Shown here one piece after another: positions 11,985-22,068 of a stretch of 64,000 bases of DNA. This DNA is from an uncultured Alteromonadaceae bacterium (lineage in GTDB: Bacteria; Pseudomonadota; Gammaproteobacteria; Enterobacterales; Alteromonadaceae). The stretch lies in NCBI GenBank assembly GCA_947501935.1, contig CANMXU010000015.1:33872-97871 (forward strand). The letters are read 5' to 3'. Below the pieces are notes generated by a model that made no database searches, had not been told where the DNA came from, and worked only from the letters and a program-made list of their open reading frames with translations. Numbering within the stretch: position 1 is the first letter of the stretch; each line of letters begins with the position of its first letter. A program made the position numbers and the translations under genes.

Positions 11985-12512
11985 TTACTCTTTTCGTTCA
12001 TATTCACCATCAATGGTTTGGCCTTGATGGTTTTTCTGGCTGTCAATTTTTTTATGAAAGTGAGCATGCTGCGATTGTTGTTCAAAATCTGCTTGGTCTG
12101 GGTGTTCGAAAGTTTGTCCAGAAAAAGGACTGTGCTGCTGACCAAATTGTCCAGAATTTACCACCATATGTTGCTGAACCATTTTTACAATAGCTTGGCG
12201 TACTTGTGGTATTAATAGTGACAAACCGAAAAAGTCGGTAACAAAGCCCGGTGTTACTAATAAAACGCCTGCGACTAATAACATTAAACCAGCAACTATT
12301 TCATCAGACGGCGCTTGCCCTTGGGCTAACTTAGTTTGCACTGAGTTCATGGTAGCTAAACCTTGCTGGCGAACATTTTTTGCGCCAAGCCAAGCAGTAA
12401 GTATGACAATAAAAATGGTTGGCCATAAGCCAAGTACTTCGCCAACTTGCATCAGCACAGCAATTTCAATAATGGGAATAATGACAAACAAAACAAATAA
12501 AACGCGAAACAT
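11985..12512 (-). CDS. fxsA: FxsA family membrane protein
   Basis: 175 aa. The N-terminal MFRVLFVLFVIIPIIEIAVLMQVG... is typical of FxsA, and the position upstream of groES matches. Confidence 0.88.
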   Translation of the reverse strand: MFRVLFVLFVIIPIIEIAVLMQVGEVLGLWPTIFIVILTAWLGAKNVRQQGLATMNSVQTKLAQGQAPSDEIVAGLMLLVAGVLLVTPGFVTDFFGLSLLIPQVRQAIVKMVQQHMVVNSGQFGQQHSPFSGQTFEHPDQADFEQQSQHAHFHKKIDSQKNHQGQTIDGEYERKE

Positions 12513-12881
12513 AAGCTCACCAAAATAATTTCAATGAAACTAATATTGGGCTGAACGGGTCTTTTTCAAGTATGCGCTTAAGTGACTGCGTGTGGTGAGT
12601 GTTTACTCTGCTATTAGCATTAGCGTAAACTTAACATTTACTAAGTAATATCAAGTATAAAGATAATACTGTTGAGGTTTGTTGAAGTTTTCTTAATTTT
12701 GATAGGTTATGTTTCATCGTCGAGCTATGCGACCATGAACACATCTTTAGTAACAATTTACAATGATTAGCGAAAACAATAAACGCATTACACTCAAACC
12801 AATTGCTCAAAATTATTGCCTTGAACATCCAGCAAGGTGATAAGCATTATTTGCACTGGATAATGGAACAAATGAAATAGC

Positions 12882-14741
12882 ATGATAAAACGTATTGTTA
12901 ATATAGTAGGGTTAATTTTTGCATTTGCACTTTTTGCCCCCGCCGCAAGCTATGCGCAAAATTCACTTTTTGATACTTCGTCAGTTTCGTTGTTCAGCAA
13001 TGACGATGAATTTCTAAGAGTTGACCAAGCATTTGAATTTGATTTTGAACAACAAGATAATGTCGTTACCTTGCATTTCGACATTGCCGAAGGTTATTAC
13101 CTATATCGTCACCAATTTAAGTTTAAAGCTGAAAATGCCACCTTAACGCCGGTTGAATTACCTGTGGGTGAAGAGCACTATGATGAATACTTTGGCAACC
13201 AACAAGTTTACCGCGGCCAGCTAGCAATTAAGGTAGTTATTGAGCAAGCTGATAAAGCAGCTAAATTAACGGTAAAATACCAAGGCTGTGCCGATAAAGG
13301 CCTATGTTATCCGCCAACACGTAAAAATATTCCTTTAGATGAAGTAGCAACTGCAAGCTCTCAACAAGCGGTACTTGCAGCTCTTTCTGCTCAAGAAAAT
13401 GGGCAATCAGATAATGCGAATAGCCCAGTTCAAAAATCAAGTTCAACTACTGCCAAAAGTGAACAACATCAGCTGGCCGATAGTTTGCAAAACGACAGCT
13501 TATTGTGGGTATTATTAGCCTTTTTTGCTGGCGGTTTATTGCTTTCTTTTACGCCATGCGTATTTCCGATGTATCCTATTTTAACTGGCATCATTGTTGG
13601 CCAAGGCGATAAGCTCACCAACAAGAGTGCTTTTATTTTATCATTTGCTTATGTTCAAGGTATGGCAATTACTTATACCTTACTTGGTGTTGTAGTGGCT
13701 TTGGCGGGCGCGCAATTTCAAGCAATGTTTCAACACCCAATAGTATTGATTGCTTTAAGTGCTTTATTTATATTTTTAGCTTTGGCTATGTTTGGTGTAT
13801 TCAATCTAGCCTTACCAACCAGCTGGCAAAACAAACTCAATAACCTCAGCAATAAACAAAAAGGTGGCTCATTAGTTGGTGTTGTCGTTATGGGCGCAAT
13901 ATCAGGATTAGTCGCTTCACCTTGTACTACAGCGCCACTTACTGGTGCTTTATTATATATTTCGCAAACGGGCGATGTTGTTATCGGAGCATCAGCTTTA
14001 TATGCGTTAAGTTTAGGCATGGGCTTACCATTACTTATTTTGGGTAGCTCGGGTGGTAAATTATTACCTAAAGCCGGCGCGTGGATGAATGTTATAAAAA
14101 ATATATTTGGACTATTGCTCTTAGCCGTTCCTGTGTTTTTATTAGAGCGTTTTTTACCTGAGCAAATTAGTCAAATTTTATGGGCATTATTATTATTAGC
14201 CAGCGCAACTTACTTTTATGTCGCGAACCTTAGTAGCCATAAAAACAGCCCGAACAGCTTCTGGTTTGGCCTACGCAGTTTAGTTATTTTCTTGTCATTA
14301 TTTTTCGGCGCGATGATGTTATACAAAGCTGTATTTCCACCAAGCAGCAGTGTTGCTCATATACAAAGCAATGAACATGAGTTTGTGCACGTTGCCAGCC
14401 TTGCTGAACTACAAGCTAAGGTCAGTGAAGCTAATAGCATGGGTAAAACCGTAATGGTCGATTTATATGCCGACTGGTGCATCGCCTGTAAAGAATTTGA
14501 GAAATATACCTTTCCTGATCCTGCCGTAGAAAGCGCATTAGAGAACAGTTTATTAATTCAAATTGATATGACAGATTTTGGTTCAAGCACGAATAAGGAA
14601 TTGGCTAAGCACTATCAAGTATTAGGCTTACCATCTATTTTGTTTTTTGATTTAAATGGTACTGAGTTAAGCCAGCAACGAGTAACAGGCTTTATGGATG
14701 CACCGCAATTTGCTACTCATATTGAAAGTACCTTTAAATAA
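12882..14741 (+). CDS. dsbD: Thiol:disulfide interchange protein DsbD
   Basis: 619 aa with signal peptide, N-terminal domain Cys pair (CADKGLCYPP), TM Cys (FTPCVFPM, ASPCTTAP) and C-terminal thioredoxin WCIAC. Confidence 0.95.
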   Translation: MIKRIVNIVGLIFAFALFAPAASYAQNSLFDTSSVSLFSNDDEFLRVDQAFEFDFEQQDNVVTLHFDIAEGYYLYRHQFKFKAENATLTPVELPVGEEHYDEYFGNQQVYRGQLAIKVVIEQADKAAKLTVKYQGCADKGLCYPPTRKNIPLDEVATASSQQAVLAALSAQENGQSDNANSPVQKSSSTTAKSEQHQLADSLQNDSLLWVLLAFFAGGLLLSFTPCVFPMYPILTGIIVGQGDKLTNKSAFILSFAYVQGMAITYTLLGVVVALAGAQFQAMFQHPIVLIALSALFIFLALAMFGVFNLALPTSWQNKLNNLSNKQKGGSLVGVVVMGAISGLVASPCTTAPLTGALLYISQTGDVVIGASALYALSLGMGLPLLILGSSGGKLLPKAGAWMNVIKNIFGLLLLAVPVFLLERFLPEQISQILWALLLLASATYFYVANLSSHKNSPNSFWFGLRSLVIFLSLFFGAMMLYKAVFPPSSSVAHIQSNEHEFVHVASLAELQAKVSEANSMGKTVMVDLYADWCIACKEFEKYTFPDPAVESALENSLLIQIDMTDFGSSTNKELAKHYQVLGLPSILFFDLNGTELSQQRVTGFMDAPQFATHIESTFK

Positions 14742-14765
14742 GGTTTAGGTTTAGGTTTAGGTTTA
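14742..14765. repeat. Hexanucleotide microsatellite (GGTTTA)x4
   Basis: Four perfect tandem copies start 1 nt after the dsbD stop codon. Confidence 0.9.
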
Positions 14766-14810
14766 GCAGCAGAAGGAACGACTAGCTAAAACTTCGACCT
14801 TATTCAGCAT

Positions 14811-14848
14811 AAAAGCCCACGCTAATAGTTATTAGCGCGGGCTTTTTT
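14811..14848. terminator. Bidirectional rho-independent terminator between convergent dsbD and the GGDEF-EAL gene
   Basis: AAAA-GCCCACGCTAATA/TATTAGCGCGGGC-TTTTTT, with one mismatch in the stem. Confidence 0.7.
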
Positions 14849-14877
14849 ATACCTTATATGATGATTACAATAGCGAA

Positions 14878-17310
14878 TTATTGGGCTTTCGTTTTCCAAA
14901 AACCATCACTTAATTTATGGTCAATAAAGTCTAACAGTTCAATTTCAGGCACAGGTTTAGAGAAATAATAGCCTTGGATAATGTCACAGCCATTTTCAGT
15001 TAAACTACGTAATTGCGCACTACTTTCAACCCCTTCGGCAACAACTTGTAAGCCTAAATTTTTCACCATGGCAATGGTCGACATAATAATCTGATAATCG
15101 GCGTAGTTTTCTAACATACCAAAAACAAAGCTTTTATCTATTTTGATAACATCAACTGGCATTTTCTTAATATAAGCAAGTGAAGAGTAGCCGGTACCAA
15201 AGTCATCAATGGCAAAGCTAAAACCTAGGTTTCTCAAGTCTTCCATCATATCAATCGCGCGATCAATATCTTTCACTAAGGTTTGTTCGGTTAATTCTAA
15301 TTCAAAACTTTCTGCCGATACTGAAAACTCAGCTAATAGACCTTGTAAGAACGCAGGTAAGTTATTATCGATAAACTGCCCAGCAGAGAGGTTAATCGCA
15401 ATACGAATATTGGTAAGGCCTTTCTTTTGCAGTTCGACCAAAATTTCAAAGCATCGACGGATCACCCAATAACCCAAGTCGATCATATGCTCAGAGTTTT
15501 CCAAAATAGGAATAAAGTCGTCTGGAGAAACCATACCGCGTTCAGGATGGTGCCATCGAAGCAACGCTTCAAAACCGTGAAGTTTATTGTTTTTTGACCA
15601 TATTTGCGGTTGCAAACTAAGACTAAATTGATTTTTAGCAAGTGCTTGTCTAACTTCACCTTCAAGCATTACTCGCTGGGCAACACGTTGATACATCTCG
15701 GTATGATAAACATGATATTGCGCACCGCCATTATCTTTTGCTTCATACATGGCAATATCAGCATGGCTAACTAGCTCTTCAGATTTAACCAACTCGCCTT
15801 CGCTATATGCAATACCAATACTGGTAGAAACATAGAAGATGCTAGAACCTAACTTTATCGGCTCTTTAAACTTATCAAGAATATTATCGGCGATGCTTTT
15901 AGCTTGTTCAATGCCTTCAACTTGACCAAGAATGACTACAAATTCATCACCGCCAAAACGACAAGCGATATCAACATTACGAATACTTAACCGTACCCGA
16001 TTAGCCGCTTCAATAAGTAGCTTGTCGCCTTCAGTATGACCGTGACTGTCATTTACTTTTTTAAAGTCATCAAGATCTAGAAAAAGTACGGTAACATTTT
16101 TATTGTATTTAGAAAGGTTAACTATCGCTTTACGTAACTGATAATTAAGCATATTACGATTAGGTAGACCGGTTAAAATGTCATACATCGCAATATTTTC
16201 AAGCTCTTTGGTTTTTTGCTCTACTTCAATATTAAGCTGCTCAAGTTCGTAACTTAGCTCTAAAGAAGCGTCAGTTAATATATCAAGCTCATCCCTAATT
16301 AAGCGCTTGCTTCTTATTTCAACTTTACGAAATTGATCAAACTGCTTCCTTGCCAATAATGGCAAAACATCCGAAAGTACTAATAATCTGCGAGTGAAAG
16401 GACTAGAAACAAAGTAGACCATCACAGCTAAGGTGATAAAAATTAATAACGCTGATAATAAAAATTGACGGCGGTACTCAGAAAACTGCACGTTAAAAGG
16501 CGTTACATCATCAATAATCGCCATATAAAAATTACGTTCGGCACTCTCAGAAAGCGGTAGTAAGTTAATTAAATAATTACCACTATTAATATCAATTTGC
16601 AGACCTTTCTCAAGTACATCGTCAACTTTAGATTGATTTTCTTGGTCAACAAATAATGATTTTACTAATTGGGTATTAGAGGCCGAGACGAATTGCGCAC
16701 GATTAAATTCTCGATGCTTTTTATTAGCATAACTTACAATGGCAATGTCGCTTTTTACCGACTGATTAATTGCATAAATCATATCAACTAAAGAAACTGT
16801 CATGGCAACAATAATCATGTCGCCACGCTTGTTTAATAGCGGTACAGTAATAAGTTGCTCACACAAAAATTGACAAAACAATTGATAATTCGGCTCTTGT
16901 TCCATAAATGTGGCTTTAACTGTTTCAGCCACATAGTCCGGCATTTGAATAGAAGAAAATAATAGCTTTTCTTGCTGATTAACCAACCAAACATTTTCAA
17001 CATTTTGATTTAATTGCAAGGCATCAAATTGCTCTGCTAAAGCAACTTTTAAATCGTCAAAATTAGCTTTTTCTTTTACGTGTACTACATCAGCAAATGA
17101 CTCGATCCAAGTGCGAATTTGGTCACGTAGAATTGTACTTTGAATTTTAAACTGTGCTTGGCCTTGCTGCTTATTTTCTGCCTGTTCATGCTCAAACTCT
17201 TGATTCAAACGAGTTAAAGACATCACTGAAAATCCAGCGCTTAATATTAATAAAGCACCAACAACTAAGAGTAGTAATTTAGTAGGAACGCTAACAAATA
17301 TTTTTTTCAT
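14878..17310 (-). CDS. Membrane-bound diguanylate cyclase/phosphodiesterase (periplasmic sensor domain, GGDEF + EAL)
   Basis: 810 aa: TM1, a ~250-aa periplasmic region, TM2, coiled coil. GGDEF is intact (RFGGDEFVV). EAL is intact (FEALLRW, DDFGTGYSSL, EGVES, QGYYFSKP). Confidence 0.9.
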   Translation of the reverse strand: MKKIFVSVPTKLLLLVVGALLILSAGFSVMSLTRLNQEFEHEQAENKQQGQAQFKIQSTILRDQIRTWIESFADVVHVKEKANFDDLKVALAEQFDALQLNQNVENVWLVNQQEKLLFSSIQMPDYVAETVKATFMEQEPNYQLFCQFLCEQLITVPLLNKRGDMIIVAMTVSLVDMIYAINQSVKSDIAIVSYANKKHREFNRAQFVSASNTQLVKSLFVDQENQSKVDDVLEKGLQIDINSGNYLINLLPLSESAERNFYMAIIDDVTPFNVQFSEYRRQFLLSALLIFITLAVMVYFVSSPFTRRLLVLSDVLPLLARKQFDQFRKVEIRSKRLIRDELDILTDASLELSYELEQLNIEVEQKTKELENIAMYDILTGLPNRNMLNYQLRKAIVNLSKYNKNVTVLFLDLDDFKKVNDSHGHTEGDKLLIEAANRVRLSIRNVDIACRFGGDEFVVILGQVEGIEQAKSIADNILDKFKEPIKLGSSIFYVSTSIGIAYSEGELVKSEELVSHADIAMYEAKDNGGAQYHVYHTEMYQRVAQRVMLEGEVRQALAKNQFSLSLQPQIWSKNNKLHGFEALLRWHHPERGMVSPDDFIPILENSEHMIDLGYWVIRRCFEILVELQKKGLTNIRIAINLSAGQFIDNNLPAFLQGLLAEFSVSAESFELELTEQTLVKDIDRAIDMMEDLRNLGFSFAIDDFGTGYSSLAYIKKMPVDVIKIDKSFVFGMLENYADYQIIMSTIAMVKNLGLQVVAEGVESSAQLRSLTENGCDIIQGYYFSKPVPEIELLDFIDHKLSDGFWKTKAQ

Positions 17311-17313
17311 GAC

Positions 17314-18603
17314 CTAGAACCAATACATCAATTGCACAGCCCACATATCCCAATGCTTATTATGGTTTATAAGAACATTAGGTGATACCACAGGGGTTAA
17401 GCGCGCAGTTCCTTCTAACCAGTGGTATTCCATTTGCACAAGTAGCGATTCAGACAAGCTATAATGTATACCTAAAGTAAAGTCATGTTGAAAACCAAAA
17501 TAATGTGGCACATTACCACCACTTTCTAGCTCAAGCTGACTGCCATCTCGATCATCTTTATCGGCATAAAGCCTTTCAACTCTCGCCATAAGCGTCAAGT
17601 TTTCATTTAACTTATAACGCGATTGCAGGTAGATACCTTGACCAACTTTTTCAATAGAATTTTGCCCTAAGGATGCATAAAGTGGCGGTGGATAAAAACC
17701 TTCGGTTTTAAATGCTTGTTGAAATACTTCAGCGCTAAACTCCCAATATTCACCTTCGTATAAAGCATTTATGGCAACCTGATTAAATGAAAATGTAGCA
17801 TCTTCAATTGGAGCACCGGCAAAATGAGGGAAGCCGGGAGGAAAAACATCATTGGCAGAAGCCTTGTAAGTAAAATCAGAATTTAAGGTTGAAATACCAA
17901 ATTGCCAAGGTGAAAACTGCGGTCGCCAATACAGGCTTGATTGAACATCAAATTCTTGTTTTCCTGTTCCATGTGCTATCTCACCTAACAGTAATTTAAC
18001 CGAATCAGAGGATAAATCTGATGTGCCGTAACTTAAGTTAAAGTCAAAATCACCATACAGTTCAGAGTTATAATTCACTTTCATCGCCCCGCCATCACTA
18101 CCCATGGCAATATCTCTTAGGCCATCAAAATACAAACCTTGCGGTAAAATAATACTCGGTCGTGCATGTGGAATATCTCGGGTACTTGAGTAGAGCCAAT
18201 GATTATTTTTAAAGCGTCCTAAATATAAATTCACTAACCATTGTTCATCGTTATAAACCGACCAATCAATTAACGCATAGTCTATGCGAGCACCTTCAAC
18301 ATAACGATTACCACCGTCTAAATAAACCGCTTGACCCGTAAGGCGAAAAGAGTCAGATAGTTTATATGAACCATTAATACCAACTTCGGTTAACTCTGCG
18401 GATAAGTCGCCATCATCGTTAACAAAGTCGCTACCGTTAACATTAATGATACCTTGCGCGACAAAACCATGAACTTGCCAATCTTGCTGTGCATTTTCTT
18501 GTGCGTAAAGGTTCACGGAAAATAAAGCTGAGAAACTTATTAGCTTGGCAAATTTTGAGAACGTTAGCACCTTGCTACTCTTTAACTTTAATAACGATAA
18601 CAT
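17314..18603 (-). CDS. Outer-membrane beta-barrel (porin-like) protein
   Basis: 429 aa with signal peptide ending LYA-QE, alternating beta-strand pattern and C-terminal aromatic motif (LMYWF). Ends 3 nt upstream of the GGDEF-EAL start. Confidence 0.75.
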   Translation of the reverse strand: MLSLLKLKSSKVLTFSKFAKLISFSALFSVNLYAQENAQQDWQVHGFVAQGIINVNGSDFVNDDGDLSAELTEVGINGSYKLSDSFRLTGQAVYLDGGNRYVEGARIDYALIDWSVYNDEQWLVNLYLGRFKNNHWLYSSTRDIPHARPSIILPQGLYFDGLRDIAMGSDGGAMKVNYNSELYGDFDFNLSYGTSDLSSDSVKLLLGEIAHGTGKQEFDVQSSLYWRPQFSPWQFGISTLNSDFTYKASANDVFPPGFPHFAGAPIEDATFSFNQVAINALYEGEYWEFSAEVFQQAFKTEGFYPPPLYASLGQNSIEKVGQGIYLQSRYKLNENLTLMARVERLYADKDDRDGSQLELESGGNVPHYFGFQHDFTLGIHYSLSESLLVQMEYHWLEGTARLTPVVSPNVLINHNKHWDMWAVQLMYWF

Positions 18604-18925
18604 TATTTACCTCTGCAATATTCTCTACATAGCCTATAGAACCTGGTACAGACGCCACTTTGTTAATCAATTCTTTTTCAGAATCAACAAGAATGGGCCT
18701 TAAACCTAAACCGGAGAAGGTGAGCTTGTTCCAAATACGATCGAGCTGGTAAGGAAATAGACGTAAAACGTCTTTACTAAATCGTTGGTGGGTGGGGTGT
18801 TGGCTTGGTAAAACGAAAACCGCAATAGTTTTTCCGTCGGACCAACGAACCTGCCGCATCGAATATATTCGACGCAACTGGCTTGTGGTCAATAAGTGAG
18901 TATTAACCGAGGGGTTAACAATCAC
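18575..18925 (-). CDS. Small periplasmic-binding-protein-like (PstS/PBP-like fold) protein
   Basis: 116-aa ORF from a GTG. LRRIYSMRQVRWSDGKTIAVFVLP...FSKDVL...PYQL...W..L.FSG....PILVDSEKELINKVASVPGSIGY resembles short PBP-like proteins. The frame stays open 32 codons further upstream with a signal-peptide-like stretch but no ATG/GTG/TTG. Overlaps the porin-like gene by 29 nt. Confidence 0.6.
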   Translation of the reverse strand: MIVNPSVNTHLLTTSQLRRIYSMRQVRWSDGKTIAVFVLPSQHPTHQRFSKDVLRLFPYQLDRIWNKLTFSGLGLRPILVDSEKELINKVASVPGSIGYVENIAEVNNVIVIKVKE

Positions 18926-19330
18926 TTCGACACTAAAGCTTGTGGAACTATAAAAAATAGTTCCAACAATGAGCAGCCTATAAAGAATATGCTTGATATA
19001 TATATCCCTACTATTTCTACAACTTGCACTACCGTGTTACACACTTGCATGTGTTATATCACTACGCAGACAAAAAAATTTGGCAATCATTTATAAATCA
19101 TATAATTAACAAACCAATTTATCTACCCCCAGTTTAGTAAATCAACGATAAAACGCAAGCTGAAGCCCTTTTGAGTGATTAGACCAGTATTTTGCTGCTA
19201 ATTTCTGTGAAAACACTATAATAATCGTCAAATTGCAGAAAATGGCTCAATTTGATAAATTTTAGTTTCAACCAAGTCCAGTTTGTGCAAATATTAACTT
19301 ATTAGAATTTTAAGGGTGTTTTTACAGAAA

Positions 19331-19783
19331 ATGACTACCAAGTTTACAGTTTTACTCCTTAATGGTCCAAATTTAAATATGTTGGGCAAAAGAGAGCCGC
19401 AAATTTATGGTGCGCAATCTTTAACTAACATTGTTGATAAGTTAACTGAACAAGCCAAAGGGTTAAATATTGAGTTGACGCATATGCAGTCAAATGCCGA
19501 GCATGAATTAATTGAACGCATTCATCAATCGTTTCAAAAAATCGATTTCATCATTATTAATCCAGCAGCATTTACCCATACTAGTGTGGCACTGCGTGAT
19601 GCGCTGCTTTCAGTTGCTATCCCCTTTATTGAAGTGCATTTATCAAACGTACATGCAAGAGAGGCGTTCAGACATCACTCATATTTATCCGATATTGCCC
19701 AAGGGGTGATTTGTGGGTTAGGAATTCAAGGTTATGAATTTGCGCTAAATGCAGCACATTCATCGCTGAATAATAACGTTTAA
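19331..19783 (+). CDS. aroQ: Type II 3-dehydroquinate dehydratase
   Basis: [23 protein letters not shown]..., [16 protein letters not shown] place the start at the ATG at 19331 rather than the GTG at 19316. Confidence 0.95.
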   Translation: MTTKFTVLLLNGPNLNMLGKREPQIYGAQSLTNIVDKLTEQAKGLNIELTHMQSNAEHELIERIHQSFQKIDFIIINPAAFTHTSVALRDALLSVAIPFIEVHLSNVHAREAFRHHSYLSDIAQGVICGLGIQGYEFALNAAHSSLNNNV

Positions 19784-19854
19784 CAAAACAATAATATTAA
19801 CTGCTCTATTTAAAGAAATAGAGCCTCAATTAAACAATAATTAAAGGTGTTTAA

Positions 19855-20301
19855 ATGGACATTCGTAAAATCAAAAAATTAATCGAACTTGTTGAAGAGT
19901 CAGGTATCAATGAGTTAGAAATCTCTGAAGGTGAAGAGTCAGTACGCATTAGCCGTGGCGCACCTGTTGCTGTTGCAACAGCTGCACCTGTTGCCGCAGC
20001 TCCAGCTCCTGTAGCTGCACCTGTTGCCGCAGCTCCGGCTCCAGCAGCAGCTTCTGCCGTTGTTTCAGGCCATACGGTACGCTCTCCTATGGTTGGTACT
20101 TTCTATGCTTCATCATCACCAGATGCAGCAGCATTTGTTGAAGTTGGCCAGCATGTAAACGCCGGTGATACTTTATGTATTCTTGAAGCGATGAAAATGA
20201 TGAACCAAATTGAAGCTGACAAGTCTGGTGTTATTAAAGAAATTCTTGCACAAAATGAAGATGCTATTGAATTTGATCAACCGCTATTCATCATTGAATA
20301 A
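19855..20301 (+). CDS. accB: Acetyl-CoA carboxylase biotin carboxyl carrier protein
   Basis: 148 aa with an Ala/Pro linker and the biotinylation motif EAMKMMN. Confidence 0.97.
   Translation: MDIRKIKKLIELVEESGINELEISEGEESVRISRGAPVAVATAAPVAAAPAPVAAPVAAAPAPAAASAVVSGHTVRSPMVGTFYASSSPDAAAFVEVGQHVNAGDTLCILEAMKMMNQIEADKSGVIKEILAQNEDAIEFDQPLFIIE
19981..20046 (+). repeat. Tandem 33-nt duplication inside the accB Ala/Pro linker
   Basis: GCTGCACCTGTTGCCGCAGCTCCAGCTCCTGTA is followed by a near-identical copy, giving [22 protein letters not shown]. Confidence 0.8.
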
Positions 20302-20324
20302 GCCCAACCATTAAGGGTCATTCT

Positions 20325-21671
20325 ATGTTAGATAAAGTTGTTATCGCCAACCGAGGCGAAATCGCATTAAGAATATTGCGAGCATGTAAAGAGCTAGGCA
20401 TTAAAACCGTAGCTGTTCACTCTACTGCTGATAAACATCTAAAGCATGTTTTATTAGCTGATGAAACTATATGTATTGGTAAGGCTTCCGCCTTAGACAG
20501 TTATTTAAATGCACCAGCTATTATTACTGCTGCTGAAGTAACTAATGCTGTTGCAATTCATCCTGGTTACGGTTTTTTAGCTGAGAATGCTGATTTTGCT
20601 GAACAAGTTGAAAAATCTGGTTTTGCTTTTATTGGCCCAAAAGCCGAAAGCATCCGTATTATGGGCGACAAAGTTGCTGCGATCAGAGCAATGAAAGTCG
20701 CTGGCGTACCATGTGTTCCAGGTTCAGACGGCCCATTAACTGATGATGAAGCTGCTAACAAAGCTCACGCAAAACGTATCGGTTACCCTGTTATTGTTAA
20801 AGCTGCTGGTGGCGGCGGTGGCCGTGGTATGCGTGTGGTACGCACCGAAGAAGAGCTTATCGACGCTATCTCATTAACTAAGCAAGAAGCGGGCACTATT
20901 TTCAAAAATGACATGGTTTACATGGAAAAATTCCTTGAAAACCCTCGTCATGTTGAAATTCAAATTATTGCTGACGGTCAAGGCTCAGCAATTCACTTAG
21001 GTGAACGTGATTGTTCTATGCAACGTCGTCACCAAAAAGTGGTAGAAGAAGCTCCTGCACCAGGAATTACACCAGAAATGCGCGCCAAAATTGGTGAGCG
21101 TTGTTGTAATGCTTGTATTGAAATTAACTACCGCGGCGCAGGTACGTTTGAGTTTTTATATGAAAATGGTGAATTCTATTTCATTGAAATGAATACCCGT
21201 ATTCAAGTTGAACACCCGGTAACAGAAATGATCACTGGTGTTGATTTAATCAAAGAACAATTGCGTGTTGCAGCTGGACAGCCTTTATCTTATACCCAAG
21301 ATGATATTAAAGTTGCAGGTCATTCAATTGAGTGTCGTATTAATGCTGAAGACCCTCGTACTTTTATTCCTTCACCGGGTAAAATTACACGTTTCCATCC
21401 TCCAGGTGGTTTAGGTGTTCGTTGGGATTCTCACATTTATGCTGACTACTCTGTGCCTCCACATTACGACTCAATGATCGGTAAATTGATCACTTGGGGT
21501 GATAACCGCGACGTAGCCATTGCTCGTATGCGTAATGCCTTAGGTGAGTTGGTGATTGATGGTATTAAAACCAATATCGCGTTACATCAAGATATTTTAA
21601 ACGACCAAGGTTTTGTCAACGGTGGTGCCAATATTCACTATTTAGAAACTAAACTATCTGAGTCTGAATAG
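20325..21671 (+). CDS. accC: Acetyl-CoA carboxylase biotin carboxylase subunit
   Basis: 448 aa: [26 protein letters not shown]..., ATP-grasp [10 protein letters not shown]. Confidence 0.98.
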   Translation: MLDKVVIANRGEIALRILRACKELGIKTVAVHSTADKHLKHVLLADETICIGKASALDSYLNAPAIITAAEVTNAVAIHPGYGFLAENADFAEQVEKSGFAFIGPKAESIRIMGDKVAAIRAMKVAGVPCVPGSDGPLTDDEAANKAHAKRIGYPVIVKAAGGGGGRGMRVVRTEEELIDAISLTKQEAGTIFKNDMVYMEKFLENPRHVEIQIIADGQGSAIHLGERDCSMQRRHQKVVEEAPAPGITPEMRAKIGERCCNACIEINYRGAGTFEFLYENGEFYFIEMNTRIQVEHPVTEMITGVDLIKEQLRVAAGQPLSYTQDDIKVAGHSIECRINAEDPRTFIPSPGKITRFHPPGGLGVRWDSHIYADYSVPPHYDSMIGKLITWGDNRDVAIARMRNALGELVIDGIKTNIALHQDILNDQGFVNGGANIHYLETKLSESE

Positions 21672-21700
21672 TCGTCGTTATCGCTTGATAATAAGCATTA

Positions 21701-21731
21701 AAAAAGCCAGTAACCTTGTTACTGGCTTTTT
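21701..21731. terminator. Bidirectional rho-independent terminator (accC / DUF3012 gene)
   Basis: AAAAA-GCCAGTAAC-CTTG-TTACTGGC-TTTTT. Confidence 0.8.
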
Positions 21732-21751
21732 CATTTTGTGTTGAAAGTGAC

Positions 21752-21910
21752 TTACAATATGCAATGCTTGGTGAAGTCTTTCACTTCGCTAGCACTCCAG
21801 TCACCTTTCGGTTTTTCTTTTAGACTTTTACACCAATCGTCACTTCCCACTGTCGGTGAGCAGCCCGCCAGACAAAAAATCATCATAAGTGCTGTTGCTA
21901 TTGTTTTCAT
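21752..21910 (-). CDS. Small lipoprotein, DUF3012-like (52 aa, absent from ORF track)
   Basis: My translation: MKTIATALMMIFCLAGCSPTVGSDDWCKSLKEKPKGDWSASEVKDFTKHCIL. Has lipobox LAGC and the WC...KPKGDW...F.KHC pattern I recall for DUF3012. Confidence 0.75.
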   Translation of the reverse strand: MKTIATALMMIFCLAGCSPTVGSDDWCKSLKEKPKGDWSASEVKDFTKHCIL

Positions 21911-22068
21911 AACTATTCCGTCGAATTTTTTAGTATTTTCGCCATTATACTCACAAGCTAAACCTTCTGTAAGCCATTAGCTACAACGGATTATAAAATA
22001 CAATTAACAACAATAAACCGGCTATTTAATACTCAGTAGAATAACAATTTAATAACTGTAACTACTAT

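Noticed and set aside
12631-12828. 65-aa minus-strand ORF in the fxsA-dsbD intergenic region
   Set aside because: It has no RBS and no recognisable motif. The region is more plausibly the dsbD promoter.
18896-19096. 66-aa plus-strand ORF upstream of aroQ
   Set aside because: It overlaps the 5' end of the PBP-like gene in antisense, and its composition is low-complexity (Thr/Cys/Asn).
21738-21980. 80-aa plus-strand ORF downstream of accC
   Set aside because: It starts inside the accC terminator region and has no recognisable features. The opposite strand encodes a convincing DUF3012-like lipoprotein.
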